NCBI GenBank assembly: GCA_964419565.1
Contig: CAYQPW010000002.1
Location: 63,745-88,289 of the forward strand
Direction: 5' to 3'
From: an uncultured bacterium
GTDB lineage: Bacteria; Hydrothermota; Tepidihabitantia; SM23-42
Length of the DNA: 24,545 bases
Below the pieces are notes generated by a model. It made no database searches, was not told the DNA's origin, and was given only the letters and a program-made list of their open reading frames with translations. A program made the position numbers and the translations under genes. Numbering within the stretch: the first letter of the stretch is position 1; each line of letters opens with the position of its first letter. This document shows positions 8,097-16,267 of the stretch, one piece after another.

Positions 8097-10541
8097 TCAT
8101 TTATCGACAAAAAGATCTTGCTGGGTCAATTTTGCTTTTTTTAATTTTCTCACACTAAAAACTTCACCCTCCTGAAAATCTCTCAAGACTTTTTTAGCCC
8201 TTTGAATGACCGAATCAGGTAAACCCGCTAACCTTGCCACCTGGATGCCGTATGATTGATCGCTCGGCCCAGCGCCCAGCTTACGCAGGAATATGATCTC
8301 ATCACCCCATTCTTTAACGAGAAAATTGAAATTCTTAACACCTTTGAGAAAATCCTCAATGCGTGTCAATTCATGAAAATGTGTAGCAAAAAGCGTTCTC
8401 GGCCTTTTTGTGCTATGCAGATATTCAACGATCGCCCAGGCCAAAGAGAGTCCATCATACGTTGATGTTCCCCGACCGACTTCATCGAGGATAACAAGGC
8501 TATTCTCCGACACATTATTCAGGATGTTCGCGGTCTCCATCATTTCTGCAAGAAATGTGCTTACGCCACGCGAAATATCATCGCTCGCACCGATACGAGT
8601 GAATATCTTATCGACAACACCGATCTTTGCTTCCTTTGCCGGCACAAAACTGCCAACCTGAGCCATTATCGTTATCAAAGCAACTTGCCGAAGATAGGTC
8701 GACTTACCGGCCATATTAGGACCGGTGATAATGAGTATTTGATTAGAATCCCTGTCTAACATTACGTCATTCGGTATGTATGAACCTTTTTCCAATATTT
8801 TTTCAACGACCGGATGCCGTCCTTCAGTGATGCTCACTTTTTTGCCTGTGTTGATCTCTGGTCGAGTATAGTTATTCAATACCGCACTTTGTGCAAAACT
8901 CTGGAGTACATCTAGTATAGCGAGTTGCTTGGTCGTTGCCAATATTGCCCCGGCGCTCTTTGCGATATCATCCCTCAACTCGATATACAATTCCTGCTCT
9001 AATTCTTTAATATCATCCTCAGCACTGAGAATTTTTTGTTCAAACTCTTTCAATTCTGGTGTATAGAACCTTTCTGAGTTGGCGAGGGTTTGTTTCCTGA
9101 TGTAGTTGTCAGGGACGAGTTTTAGATTGGCTTTTGTTACATCGATGTAATAACCAAATACGGAATTGTAAGACACCTTCAACGAAGCAATACCGGTTCT
9201 TTGCTTTTCTGTCCGTTCAAAATCCAGGAGCCATTCTTTTCCACCGCGCGCAATACTACGTAGGTCATCCAACTTTTTTGAATACCCCTGTTCAATAATA
9301 CCACCTTGATCCATAGTTGGCGAAGGACTATCGAGCAAAGCATTTTCGATCTTCGCTACTTCACGGTCAAAATTGCCGATACCATTGCATATATTCTCAA
9401 TGATTATGCTCTCACAACCATCGACCATTTCTTTGGCCTTAGGGTAGAAGTTCAAAGATTCCTTGAGGGCTACCATTTCCCTAGGCATGATCCTTTTGCA
9501 GGCAAGGCGTGCTGTTATGCGTTCGACATCACGGATATTTTTCATGACCTCGCGCAGTTCCTGTCGGAGGAACTCTTTATTTTTGAGTTCCTCCACGCCG
9601 TCTAACCTCTCCTCAATACTTATTGTATTTATAAGAGGTTCCTGAAGCTCACGGCGTAATCTTCGTTTACCAAAAGGCATAAGACAACTGTCCATGACCC
9701 ATAATAAATTCCTGACCTCACCGCCGTGGATATTCTCGAAAATCTCTAAGTTTTTGCGCGTCGGTGCATCGATATACATCGCATCCTTCGCTTCGAATAA
9801 TACAACTTTGCTGATATGCGATAATGATGTTTTCTGATTTTCCTCAAGGTAATAAAGCAAGGCACCTGCGGCACCTGTTGCGAGCTTGAATTCTTCAACA
9901 CCAAAACCATCGAGCGCGACAACTTTAAAATGATCGGTCAGTTTTTTATGCGCGATCTCCTGGATAAAATGATAACCGTCAAGATTTGTTTGCGGCAGTT
10001 CCGATTTAATTTCAACGCCCTCGGGCACGATAACTTCCTTCACTTCTTTTCTCAGCAGTATCTCTTCGGCTTGCGAGGTATTCACTTCACCGCATGAGAA
10101 TTCACCGCTGGTGATATCACAGAATGCGATACCCGTTTTCTCTTCATCGGGTAGGCAAGCGGCGATAAACAGAGGTTTATTTTCATCAAGCAGTGAAGTT
10201 CTCAGAACAGTACCCGGTGTTATAACTTCTACAACGTCCCGTGCAACAAGCTTTTTGCCTTTGCTGGCTGGTTCCAGCTGTTCGCAAATCGCGATTTTCA
10301 ATCCATGTTTTACAAGTTTTGCGATATAGGTCTCGCTCGCCTTGATAGGCACACCAGCCAGAGGTACCCTGACACCCTTTTGAATGGTTTTTGATGTCAA
10401 CGTTATGCCCAAGTATGAGCTTGCCAGCTTAGCATCCTCGTAGTAGAATTCATAAAAATCACCCACTCTAAAAAGCAGCAAAGCATCCTTGTAATTACTT
10501 TTGATCTTCTGGTATTGCTCAAGGAGGGGTGTTAATTGCAT
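8097..10541 (-). CDS. mutS: DNA mismatch repair protein MutS
   Basis: 814 aa. The N-terminal mismatch-recognition domain has the F-x-E-type motif (FRVGDFYEFYYED). Walker A is ITGPNMAGKSTYLRQ, and the ABC-ATPase and HTH dimerisation regions are typical. Confidence 0.95.
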   Translation of the reverse strand: MQLTPLLEQYQKIKSNYKDALLLFRVGDFYEFYYEDAKLASSYLGITLTSKTIQKGVRVPLAGVPIKASETYIAKLVKHGLKIAICEQLEPASKGKKLVARDVVEVITPGTVLRTSLLDENKPLFIAACLPDEEKTGIAFCDITSGEFSCGEVNTSQAEEILLRKEVKEVIVPEGVEIKSELPQTNLDGYHFIQEIAHKKLTDHFKVVALDGFGVEEFKLATGAAGALLYYLEENQKTSLSHISKVVLFEAKDAMYIDAPTRKNLEIFENIHGGEVRNLLWVMDSCLMPFGKRRLRRELQEPLINTISIEERLDGVEELKNKEFLRQELREVMKNIRDVERITARLACKRIMPREMVALKESLNFYPKAKEMVDGCESIIIENICNGIGNFDREVAKIENALLDSPSPTMDQGGIIEQGYSKKLDDLRSIARGGKEWLLDFERTEKQRTGIASLKVSYNSVFGYYIDVTKANLKLVPDNYIRKQTLANSERFYTPELKEFEQKILSAEDDIKELEQELYIELRDDIAKSAGAILATTKQLAILDVLQSFAQSAVLNNYTRPEINTGKKVSITEGRHPVVEKILEKGSYIPNDVMLDRDSNQILIITGPNMAGKSTYLRQVALITIMAQVGSFVPAKEAKIGVVDKIFTRIGASDDISRGVSTFLAEMMETANILNNVSENSLVILDEVGRGTSTYDGLSLAWAIVEYLHSTKRPRTLFATHFHELTRIEDFLKGVKNFNFLVKEWGDEIIFLRKLGAGPSDQSYGIQVARLAGLPDSVIQRAKKVLRDFQEGEVFSVRKLKKAKLTQQDLFVDK

Positions 10542-10652
10542 AACATATTTTGGATTTGGGACTTGTCCCGATTCATCATTTCTGGATTATTTTATGCAGG
10601 AAATCATCGATCCCGTAAAGCGGGAGAATCCGGAATTTCCCGGTTACCGGGC

Positions 10653-11426
10653 TCAGTAGCCTTTAACGACATTCCCTCTTATGCCTGAAGACTCAAGTTC
10701 CGCGGAATAAGTCTTGGCCTGTTCAATAGTGGAGAATTTACCGACCCAGACACGGTAGTATGTATTGCCTTTAACTAATGCCTCGACGACCTGAACGCTG
10801 TGTCCCTTTTCTTTGATCTCATCAGCATAAGTATCCGCATTGCTCTTATTACGGTATGATCCCACCTGTACGGTATAATACTCTTTGGTTTTGTCCGGGG
10901 TATCTTTTGAGGGAATAATCGTTAGCGCTCTTTCACTCCATAAGGATTTTGGATATGTTTTCCTCAAATCCTTGAGAATGCTGATACCCTCATCCTCCTT
11001 ACCACTGCTCATATACGAAACACCTAACCAGAACATTATTTCATCGTGTAAATTTGTATCCGGATATTCTCGTAATAGCTCGGTCAGGGTTATAATCGCA
11101 TTTTGATAGTGCTTCATCGAAATATTACTCTTAGCGATCTCTAAATATGCAATATCGGCATAACGCGACTGAGGATAGTCTGTTTTGACCTTATTAAAAT
11201 AGTACAGTGAACTGTCGGGGCTGATCGACAAACGACCCAAATAATAATACGCTTCAGGGATCCGTGGATTGCTCTTGTCTTTTGCTACTTGAACAAAGAT
11301 ATCGCGTGCCCGTTCAAACTGTGAAGAATTAAACAATCTTATAGCTTCATCAATGTCCTGAGAAAACAGACAAAGAGGAATTATAAGCAGGGCAAGAATG
11401 ATTCTGGAGCGTGGCATCTTGGACAT
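10653..11426 (-). CDS. TPR-repeat protein with C-terminal SPOR (septal peptidoglycan-binding) domain
   Basis: A signal peptide (KMPRSRIILALLIIPLCLF) is followed by TPR-like repeats (AYYYLGRL…, ADIAYLEIAK…, EIMFWLGVSY…). The C-terminal SPOR-like block is YYTVQVGSYRNKSNADTYA…YYRVWVGKFSTIEQAKTY. The ORF track begins at 11459; the ATGs at 11426 or 11417 give a proper signal peptide. The 5' end overlaps the lapB 3' end. Confidence 0.8.
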   Translation of the reverse strand: MSKMPRSRIILALLIIPLCLFSQDIDEAIRLFNSSQFERARDIFVQVAKDKSNPRIPEAYYYLGRLSISPDSSLYYFNKVKTDYPQSRYADIAYLEIAKSNISMKHYQNAIITLTELLREYPDTNLHDEIMFWLGVSYMSSGKEDEGISILKDLRKTYPKSLWSERALTIIPSKDTPDKTKEYYTVQVGSYRNKSNADTYADEIKEKGHSVQVVEALVKGNTYYRVWVGKFSTIEQAKTYSAELESSGIRGNVVKGY

Positions 11427-12511
11427 AATAAAACAAATGCATCGATATTGAAACCGCATTTCTCACAACAATAATTTCCATGCGCTACGGTTTCCTCTAT
11501 TTCGATTAATTTTTCTTTCAGTGATTTATCTTTGATATTTGTTTTCAACAACCGCAATCTCGGCAATGCACTGTTTGGAAAAATATCAATAAGTTTACTG
11601 TAGATCTCCTTAGCTCCTATCAGGTCGTTCTTTTTTTCGTAAAGATCAGCCAGAGCAAAAGCCACGGAAAAATTCTTTGGATTTTTGTGGAATATCTTTT
11701 CGTATATCGGTATTATTTCGTCGAAGAGCCCGAGTTCAAAATATACTTTTTCGAATTTCGAAACGACAAGGAATGCTCGGTCTGGATGTTGAGTCATTAT
11801 TTTATGATAATATTCTTTGGCTTTCTTCAAATTACCTTGCTGTTCATAGTAGCTGGCAAACTGACAGGAAGCAGAGAATGAATTTGGATATATCTTTAGG
11901 GCTCTTTTAAGAAGACCTAAAACGGCTTTCTCGGCTTCAGGGTCTTTCCCTTTTATGTTCTGCAAGCGGACATCAGCGAGTGATGCATAATAAAACGCGT
12001 GCCGCTGGTCATCTTTGAGATTAGCACCACCCTCTTCATAAAGTGCAATGCAGTCTCCGTAATTAGCCATATCCTCATAGATGGTAAGGATCATTTCCCA
12101 GGCATGCTTGTCCTTTTTATCGATCTTAATGATCTCTTTCAAAAAAGAAGTTGCTTTATTGAGCCGACTAGTTTCAAGCATGTCTTGGACCAGCGCTAAA
12201 TAAACCCTTTTTTCTTCGTGTTTTTTCAGGGTCGGCCGCACTGTCAGGGACTGGTGTATCTGGATCGCTCTATCAGTATCACCCTTTTTCCTGTATAGAT
12301 CACCGAGTCTTATGTAGGCATCGACAAGATCACTGTCAATAGCGACCGCTTCTTTGAATTTTTTCATTGCTAGGCTCTCTTTGTTTTCGAGCAAGGCAAT
12401 GAGGGCTTCAATATACGGCGTGTGACCAGTAGCTTTATCTCTTCTTCGATAGAAATAAAGAAAAAGAACACAGGCGATCAATGCAACGATCAGAATTATC
12501 AATACTATCAT
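11381..12511 (-). CDS. lapB: Lipopolysaccharide assembly protein B (LapB/YciM-like)
   Basis: 376 aa. An N-terminal TM helix (IVLIILIVALIACVLFLYF) is followed by multiple TPR repeats. The C-terminal rubredoxin-like metal site is CEKC…CPRC. This TM + TPR + CxxC…CxxC architecture is diagnostic of LapB. It has an ATGA overlap with the upstream lapA-like gene. Confidence 0.85.
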   Translation of the reverse strand: MIVLIILIVALIACVLFLYFYRRRDKATGHTPYIEALIALLENKESLAMKKFKEAVAIDSDLVDAYIRLGDLYRKKGDTDRAIQIHQSLTVRPTLKKHEEKRVYLALVQDMLETSRLNKATSFLKEIIKIDKKDKHAWEMILTIYEDMANYGDCIALYEEGGANLKDDQRHAFYYASLADVRLQNIKGKDPEAEKAVLGLLKRALKIYPNSFSASCQFASYYEQQGNLKKAKEYYHKIMTQHPDRAFLVVSKFEKVYFELGLFDEIIPIYEKIFHKNPKNFSVAFALADLYEKKNDLIGAKEIYSKLIDIFPNSALPRLRLLKTNIKDKSLKEKLIEIEETVAHGNYCCEKCGFNIDAFVLLCPRCHAPESFLPCL

Positions 12512-12804
12512 TCTTCTTCCTCAAATGGTAAATTGCGTAATGCGTTCAATTCTTTGCGTAGATTCTTGTTTTCTTTACGGAGTCGGTGCAGACTACTTCT
12601 GAGAACGATCTCATCAGCGAGAGCAAAGATCAATACGAATATCATACCTGCAATAAAAGCATAAAAACAAACGAGTGATAATGACATATCATTGACTTTT
12701 TGGCCAAAAACATCGAGATCGACTCGTGCCTGGGAATTAAGTACCATAAACCCGATCATAAAACCGATGACCAAGATCACAAAGACAAGTCCAACAAAGC
12801 GCAT
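12508..12804 (-). CDS. lapA: Lipopolysaccharide assembly protein A (LapA/YciS, DUF1049-like)
   Basis: 98 aa. It has two TM helices and a charged coiled C-terminal tail (LRKENKNLRKELNALR). It lies immediately upstream of lapB with a 4-nt overlap, as in lapA-lapB operons. SD AGGAGG lies 5 nt upstream of the ATG. Confidence 0.75.
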   Translation of the reverse strand: MRFVGLVFVILVIGFMIGFMVLNSQARVDLDVFGQKVNDMSLSLVCFYAFIAGMIFVLIFALADEIVLRSSLHRLRKENKNLRKELNALRNLPFEEEE

Positions 12805-12819
12805 TAGACCTCCTGTTTA

Positions 12820-12848
12820 ATCATATACAATATGGATTATTTGTCAAT
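12820..12848 (-). promoter_or_regulatory. Sigma70-type promoter for lapA-lapB
   Basis: On the minus strand: TTGACA (plus coords 12843-12848), a 16-17 nt spacer, then TATGAT (~12820-12825). The SD AGGAGG (12809-12814) and ATG follow. Phased A-tracts lie upstream at 12850-12895. Confidence 0.5.
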
Positions 12849-12970
12849 ACGTAATTTGGTCTATTTGGTTTGTTTAGTTTATTTGGTTTATTTTATTTCT
12901 TCCTAGTGATTAGTGTAAGTATCCTCCATTTCTCCCTTTCTCCTATTCTCCGTTACTTTCTTTTAACGCC

Positions 12971-13005
12971 TTACTCTTTACTCCCTACTCTCTACTCCCT
13001 ACTCT
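12971..13005. repeat. Five tandem heptamer repeats YTACTCY inside a ~95-nt homopyrimidine tract
   Basis: The repeats are TTACTCT, TTACTCC, CTACTCT, CTACTCC, CTACTCT, running contiguously from 12971 to 13005. They are embedded in a tract at 12915-13010 that is almost purely C/T on the + strand. The tract lies directly upstream of the ddl -35. Confidence 0.8.
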
Positions 13006-13010
13006 TCCCC

Positions 13011-13038
13011 TTGACTCATTTCATTTGCTGATTATCAT
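13011..13038 (+). promoter_or_regulatory. Sigma70-type promoter for ddl; the -10 ends 5 nt before the ATG (leaderless candidate)
   Basis: TTGACT (13011-13016), a 16-nt spacer, TATCAT (13033-13038), then the ATG at 13044. Confidence 0.45.
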
Positions 13039-13043
13039 ATTGT

Positions 13044-13976
13044 ATGGAAAAAGAACGAAAATTCTTCATGAAAAAGAATATCGCTGTTTTATACGGGGGC
13101 TGGTCTTCAGAAAGAGATATCTCGCTTGGTTCTGGAAAATGCGTTATGCAATCTTTGAAAAAACAGGGATTTAAGACTAAAGGTATCGATGTCGACAAGA
13201 AATTTACGAGTAAACTCAAAGGTATCGATGTCGCCTTTATCGCGCTCCATGGTAAACCCGGTGAGGATGGTTCGGTTCAAGGTATCCTGGATTTTTTGGA
13301 TATCCCCTATACTGGTTCTGGTGTCCTGGGTTCTGCAATCGGCATGGATAAAGTTGTATCCAAGTATCTCTTTGAGATAAACGGCATACCAACACCGGAT
13401 TTTTACTTTGAAGATAATATCGATATCGACGAGATCATAATAAAACTCGACTTGCCGGTCGTGGTCAAACCTCGAGCTGAAGGATCGAGTGTCGGGATCC
13501 ATGTCCTCGAAACTAAAAACGATATTAAAAAAGTAATAACGAGTATGCGCCGTAAATACAATGGTCTGCTTTTTGAAAAATATATCCCCGGGATGATGGC
13601 AACCTGCGGGATACTCCACGAAACACCATTACCGGTCCTGGAAATCGCACCAAAAAAACGTAAATTCTATGACTATAGATCAAAGTATACAGAAGGTATG
13701 ACTGAATATATCGTCCCGGCCCGTATACCTGAAGTCCAGTATAAGAAAATCCAGGAATATGCACTCAGTGCCCACCGGGCGATCAGTGCTCAGGGATTTT
13801 CACGCGTGGATTTTGTCCTCGATGGGGATCATAATCCTTATGCACTCGAAGTGAATACGATCCCGGGTCTTCTTTCCGGTTCCAACCTGCCCCTTGAGGC
13901 AAGTGCCATGGGTCTTTCATATGATGATTTGATCTTCGAAATCTTGAAGACATCGCGACCGAAATTTAAACGTTGA
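13044..13976 (+). CDS. ddl: D-alanine--D-alanine ligase
   Basis: 310 aa. The Ddl N-terminus is KKNIAVLYGGWSSERDISLGSG, followed by a central ATP-grasp fold, with a typical C-terminal region (…EVNTIPGL…). An alternative start is the ATG at 13068 (MKKNIAV…). Confidence 0.93.
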   Translation: MEKERKFFMKKNIAVLYGGWSSERDISLGSGKCVMQSLKKQGFKTKGIDVDKKFTSKLKGIDVAFIALHGKPGEDGSVQGILDFLDIPYTGSGVLGSAIGMDKVVSKYLFEINGIPTPDFYFEDNIDIDEIIIKLDLPVVVKPRAEGSSVGIHVLETKNDIKKVITSMRRKYNGLLFEKYIPGMMATCGILHETPLPVLEIAPKKRKFYDYRSKYTEGMTEYIVPARIPEVQYKKIQEYALSAHRAISAQGFSRVDFVLDGDHNPYALEVNTIPGLLSGSNLPLEASAMGLSYDDLIFEILKTSRPKFKR

Positions 13977-14106
13977 CGGTAGTAATTTTTTAGCAGCCGC
14001 ATCGACCAGATTCTTTCATGATCAGTGAGTTCTAAGAAACCTTTAGGCTTCGAAGAAAATCAAGTTATCAGCATCATGAAACAAGTAACGCGCCTTGACG
14101 CACCAC

Positions 14107-14134
14107 AATTGACATCAATATTATTTCTGCTATA
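14107..14134 (+). promoter_or_regulatory. Sigma70 promoter for the SPFH gene
   Basis: TTGACA (14107-14112), a 16-nt spacer, then TATAAT (14129-14134). SD AAGGAG lies ~10 nt upstream of the ATG at 14168. Confidence 0.55.
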
Positions 14135-14167
14135 ATCAGCTGTAAAGAATAAAGAAAGGAGTATATA

Positions 14168-15109
14168 ATGTTTATATTCGGAATCATAATCATCGTTGCA
14201 GTGCTAATCTTCAGGAATACATTCAAAGTAAAACCTGAAGACCGGCGTTTTCAGGATAAACTCAAAGCACGCCAATTAGGCTCGGTTGCCGGTTTTGTCC
14301 TGGCTGGAATTCTCATTCTTGCTTCCTTGCTGCGTATCGTACCGCCTGGTGCGGTTGGTGTCCAGGTCTTATTTGGTAAAGTGCTCACCGGTTCGACCCT
14401 GTCTGAAGGACTAAATATAGTTAATCCTTTTGTTGACCTCGAGATCATGACGGTTCGTACCCAGGCTTACACGATGTCTATAGCACTCGAAGAGGGACAG
14501 CGCTATGGCGACGACGCGATTACTTCACTTACCAAGGACGGACTTGAAGTAGCCATGGACTTAACTGTCTGGTATCATCTTGAGGCCTCTGAAGCAGCAA
14601 CGGTCTTTCAGAAGATCGGCGCCGATTATGTCGATAAGATCGTTAGACCTGCAGCCCGTACAGCGATCAGAAACACCACTGTCAAATACAATGCCGTTGA
14701 AATATATTCAGAAAAAAGAGAAGAGGTTCAAACTCAGATCAATACCACCCTGGATAGGGATTTCCAAGAAAGAGGCATTGTCCTGGAAAAGGTTCTGCTG
14801 AGGAATATAAAACTTCCAGCCAAAGTGAAAAATGCGATCGAAGCCAAGCTCGAAGCTGAACAGGATGCACAAAAAATGGAATTCGTTTTGCTGAAAGAGA
14901 TAAAAGAAGCAGACCGGAAAAAGATCGAAGCTACCGGAATTGCCGAAGCACAGCGGATCATTGCCCTTTCACTGATCGGTGAACGCGGTCGAGCTTATTT
15001 ATCCTGGAAATATCTCGAAAACCTCAAGAGCCTGTACCAGTCACCCAATAACACTATCGTTATCTCCCCTTATGACAAGAACTTCATCCCGCTCCTTCAG
15101 ATCAAGTAA
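14168..15109 (+). CDS. SPFH/band-7 domain protein (prohibitin/HflKC/stomatin-like)
   Basis: 313 aa. Two N-terminal TM segments are followed by an SPFH domain (…GLNIVNPFVDLEIMTVRTQ…VAMDLTVWYHL…). The C-terminal coiled coil is AKVKNAIEAKLEAEQDAQKME. Confidence 0.9.
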   Translation: MFIFGIIIIVAVLIFRNTFKVKPEDRRFQDKLKARQLGSVAGFVLAGILILASLLRIVPPGAVGVQVLFGKVLTGSTLSEGLNIVNPFVDLEIMTVRTQAYTMSIALEEGQRYGDDAITSLTKDGLEVAMDLTVWYHLEASEAATVFQKIGADYVDKIVRPAARTAIRNTTVKYNAVEIYSEKREEVQTQINTTLDRDFQERGIVLEKVLLRNIKLPAKVKNAIEAKLEAEQDAQKMEFVLLKEIKEADRKKIEATGIAEAQRIIALSLIGERGRAYLSWKYLENLKSLYQSPNNTIVISPYDKNFIPLLQIK

Positions 15110-15158
15110 TTCGCGAGGGTATAATATCGGGTTTTCAACAGCAACATAATAGAGCAGA

Positions 15159-15731
15159 ATGGATTTTGCGGCACAAAGAGTATTTGGCAGCGCATTGTTT
15201 ACAGATATCAGGTATTTCAACAGGATCGCTAATATCTTACCATTAGAGGAAATCCACGCATTCCTCAACGACTGTTATAAACCTATCGTCGATACGGTTC
15301 TTCAATATGAAGGAAATGTCGATAAATTCATAGGCGATGCGGTCATGGCATTTTTCGGTGCACCCCGGCAACATGATGATGATCCGCTGCGTGCGGTGAA
15401 ATGCGCCTTGGATATTCAGAAAAAAACCGAGGATATTAATATACAGTGGCGGAAATCATTTGATTTTCTAGTTGAAATCGATATCGGTATTTGTACCGGT
15501 GAAGTCTTGGCCGGCAATGTCGGACACATTAAAAAAATGCAGTATACGGTTATCGGCAAACCGGTAAATCTTGCCGCGCAATTGGTCCACATGTGTCGTG
15601 ACCACAGCGCTGAAATACTCGTCGATGAGCAAACCTACCAGAAGGCAAAAAGTGATGTTGTGTTCAGAGAAATAGGAGAAAAACTTATCATGGGGTTTGT
15701 CGAACCAGTACGTTTGTACTCGCCCGATTGA
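15159..15731 (+). CDS. Stand-alone class III nucleotidyl cyclase (CHD) catalytic domain with atypical active-site residues
   Basis: 190 aa, with an in-frame stop 9 nt upstream of the ATG. The ALFTDIRYF motif is the FxDIxGFT metal-Asp motif with GFT changed to RYF. The KFIGDAVMAFFGAP motif is KxIGDxYM, carrying the second metal Asp and the specificity Lys. In MQYTVIGKPVNLAAQL the transition-state Asn is present. The position that holds the base-specifying Asp in canonical adenylyl cyclases is Thr, and the transition-state Arg position is Gln. This alignment is from memory and needs confirmation. Confidence 0.8.
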   Translation: MDFAAQRVFGSALFTDIRYFNRIANILPLEEIHAFLNDCYKPIVDTVLQYEGNVDKFIGDAVMAFFGAPRQHDDDPLRAVKCALDIQKKTEDINIQWRKSFDFLVEIDIGICTGEVLAGNVGHIKKMQYTVIGKPVNLAAQLVHMCRDHSAEILVDEQTYQKAKSDVVFREIGEKLIMGFVEPVRLYSPD

Positions 15732-15736
15732 ATGAT

Positions 15737-16129
15737 TCATTCCAGCTGCTGTTTGCTGGCTTCTTCAAAAAAATTCAGGTCAGCGGTGAACATCTTCTCT
15801 ATGTACTTCATTTGTTCATAGCTGACCCATTGATAATCCTTAACTTCATCAGGGTTCATGGTAATCCTGTCATCGACCAATCTTACTGACCACCAGTGCA
15901 AAACATACTGTTTATCTTCCGTATAACACTCCCATATTTTTTCGATCGGGGCAACGGTGACCCCCATTTCTTCACTCGCCTCGCGTATCACCGCCTGTTC
16001 CTGGGTTTCTCCGGGTTCGATGGCGCCGGTAATCGGACACCAATAGTCCTCAGCTTCACCTCTTTTGGCGCGCTTGATAAGAAGGAATCTGTCAGCCTCC
16101 CTGATAACGATAGCAACTGCTTGTTTCAT
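15737..16129 (-). CDS. NUDIX hydrolase
   Basis: 130 aa. The Nudix box GAIEPGETQEQAVIREASEEMGV matches Gx5Ex7REUxEExGU. The gene converges on the cyclase gene with a 5-bp gap. Confidence 0.9.
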   Translation of the reverse strand: MKQAVAIVIREADRFLLIKRAKRGEAEDYWCPITGAIEPGETQEQAVIREASEEMGVTVAPIEKIWECYTEDKQYVLHWWSVRLVDDRITMNPDEVKDYQWVSYEQMKYIEKMFTADLNFFEEASKQQLE

Positions 16130-16267
16130 TATTAGATAATCAATGCCAAAGAATGATAGACACCCGATTCACCCACGCCCCTCGGCGAGGATCGCGGTTT
16201 ATCGGATAGAATCAGGTTTTTTGTCCAATGAATTGGACGACTACAGAACGAAATGTTTGCCAGCAAT

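Noticed and set aside
10542-10652. Short palindromes (CCCGGTTACCGGG, GGGACTTGTCCC) between the TPR-SPOR stop and the mutS start, considered as a terminator
   Set aside because: The stems are only 5 bp and lack a following U-tract in the relevant orientation. The region more likely holds the mutS promoter; no confident call.
12971-13005. Tandem heptamer repeats as a possible CRISPR or minisatellite array
   Set aside because: The units are only 7 nt, contiguous with no spacers, and there are no cas genes. It is better explained as a promoter-proximal repeat or homopyrimidine element.
13107-13619. 170-aa minus-strand ORF inside ddl
   Set aside because: It is antisense to ddl and has no motifs; a shadow ORF.
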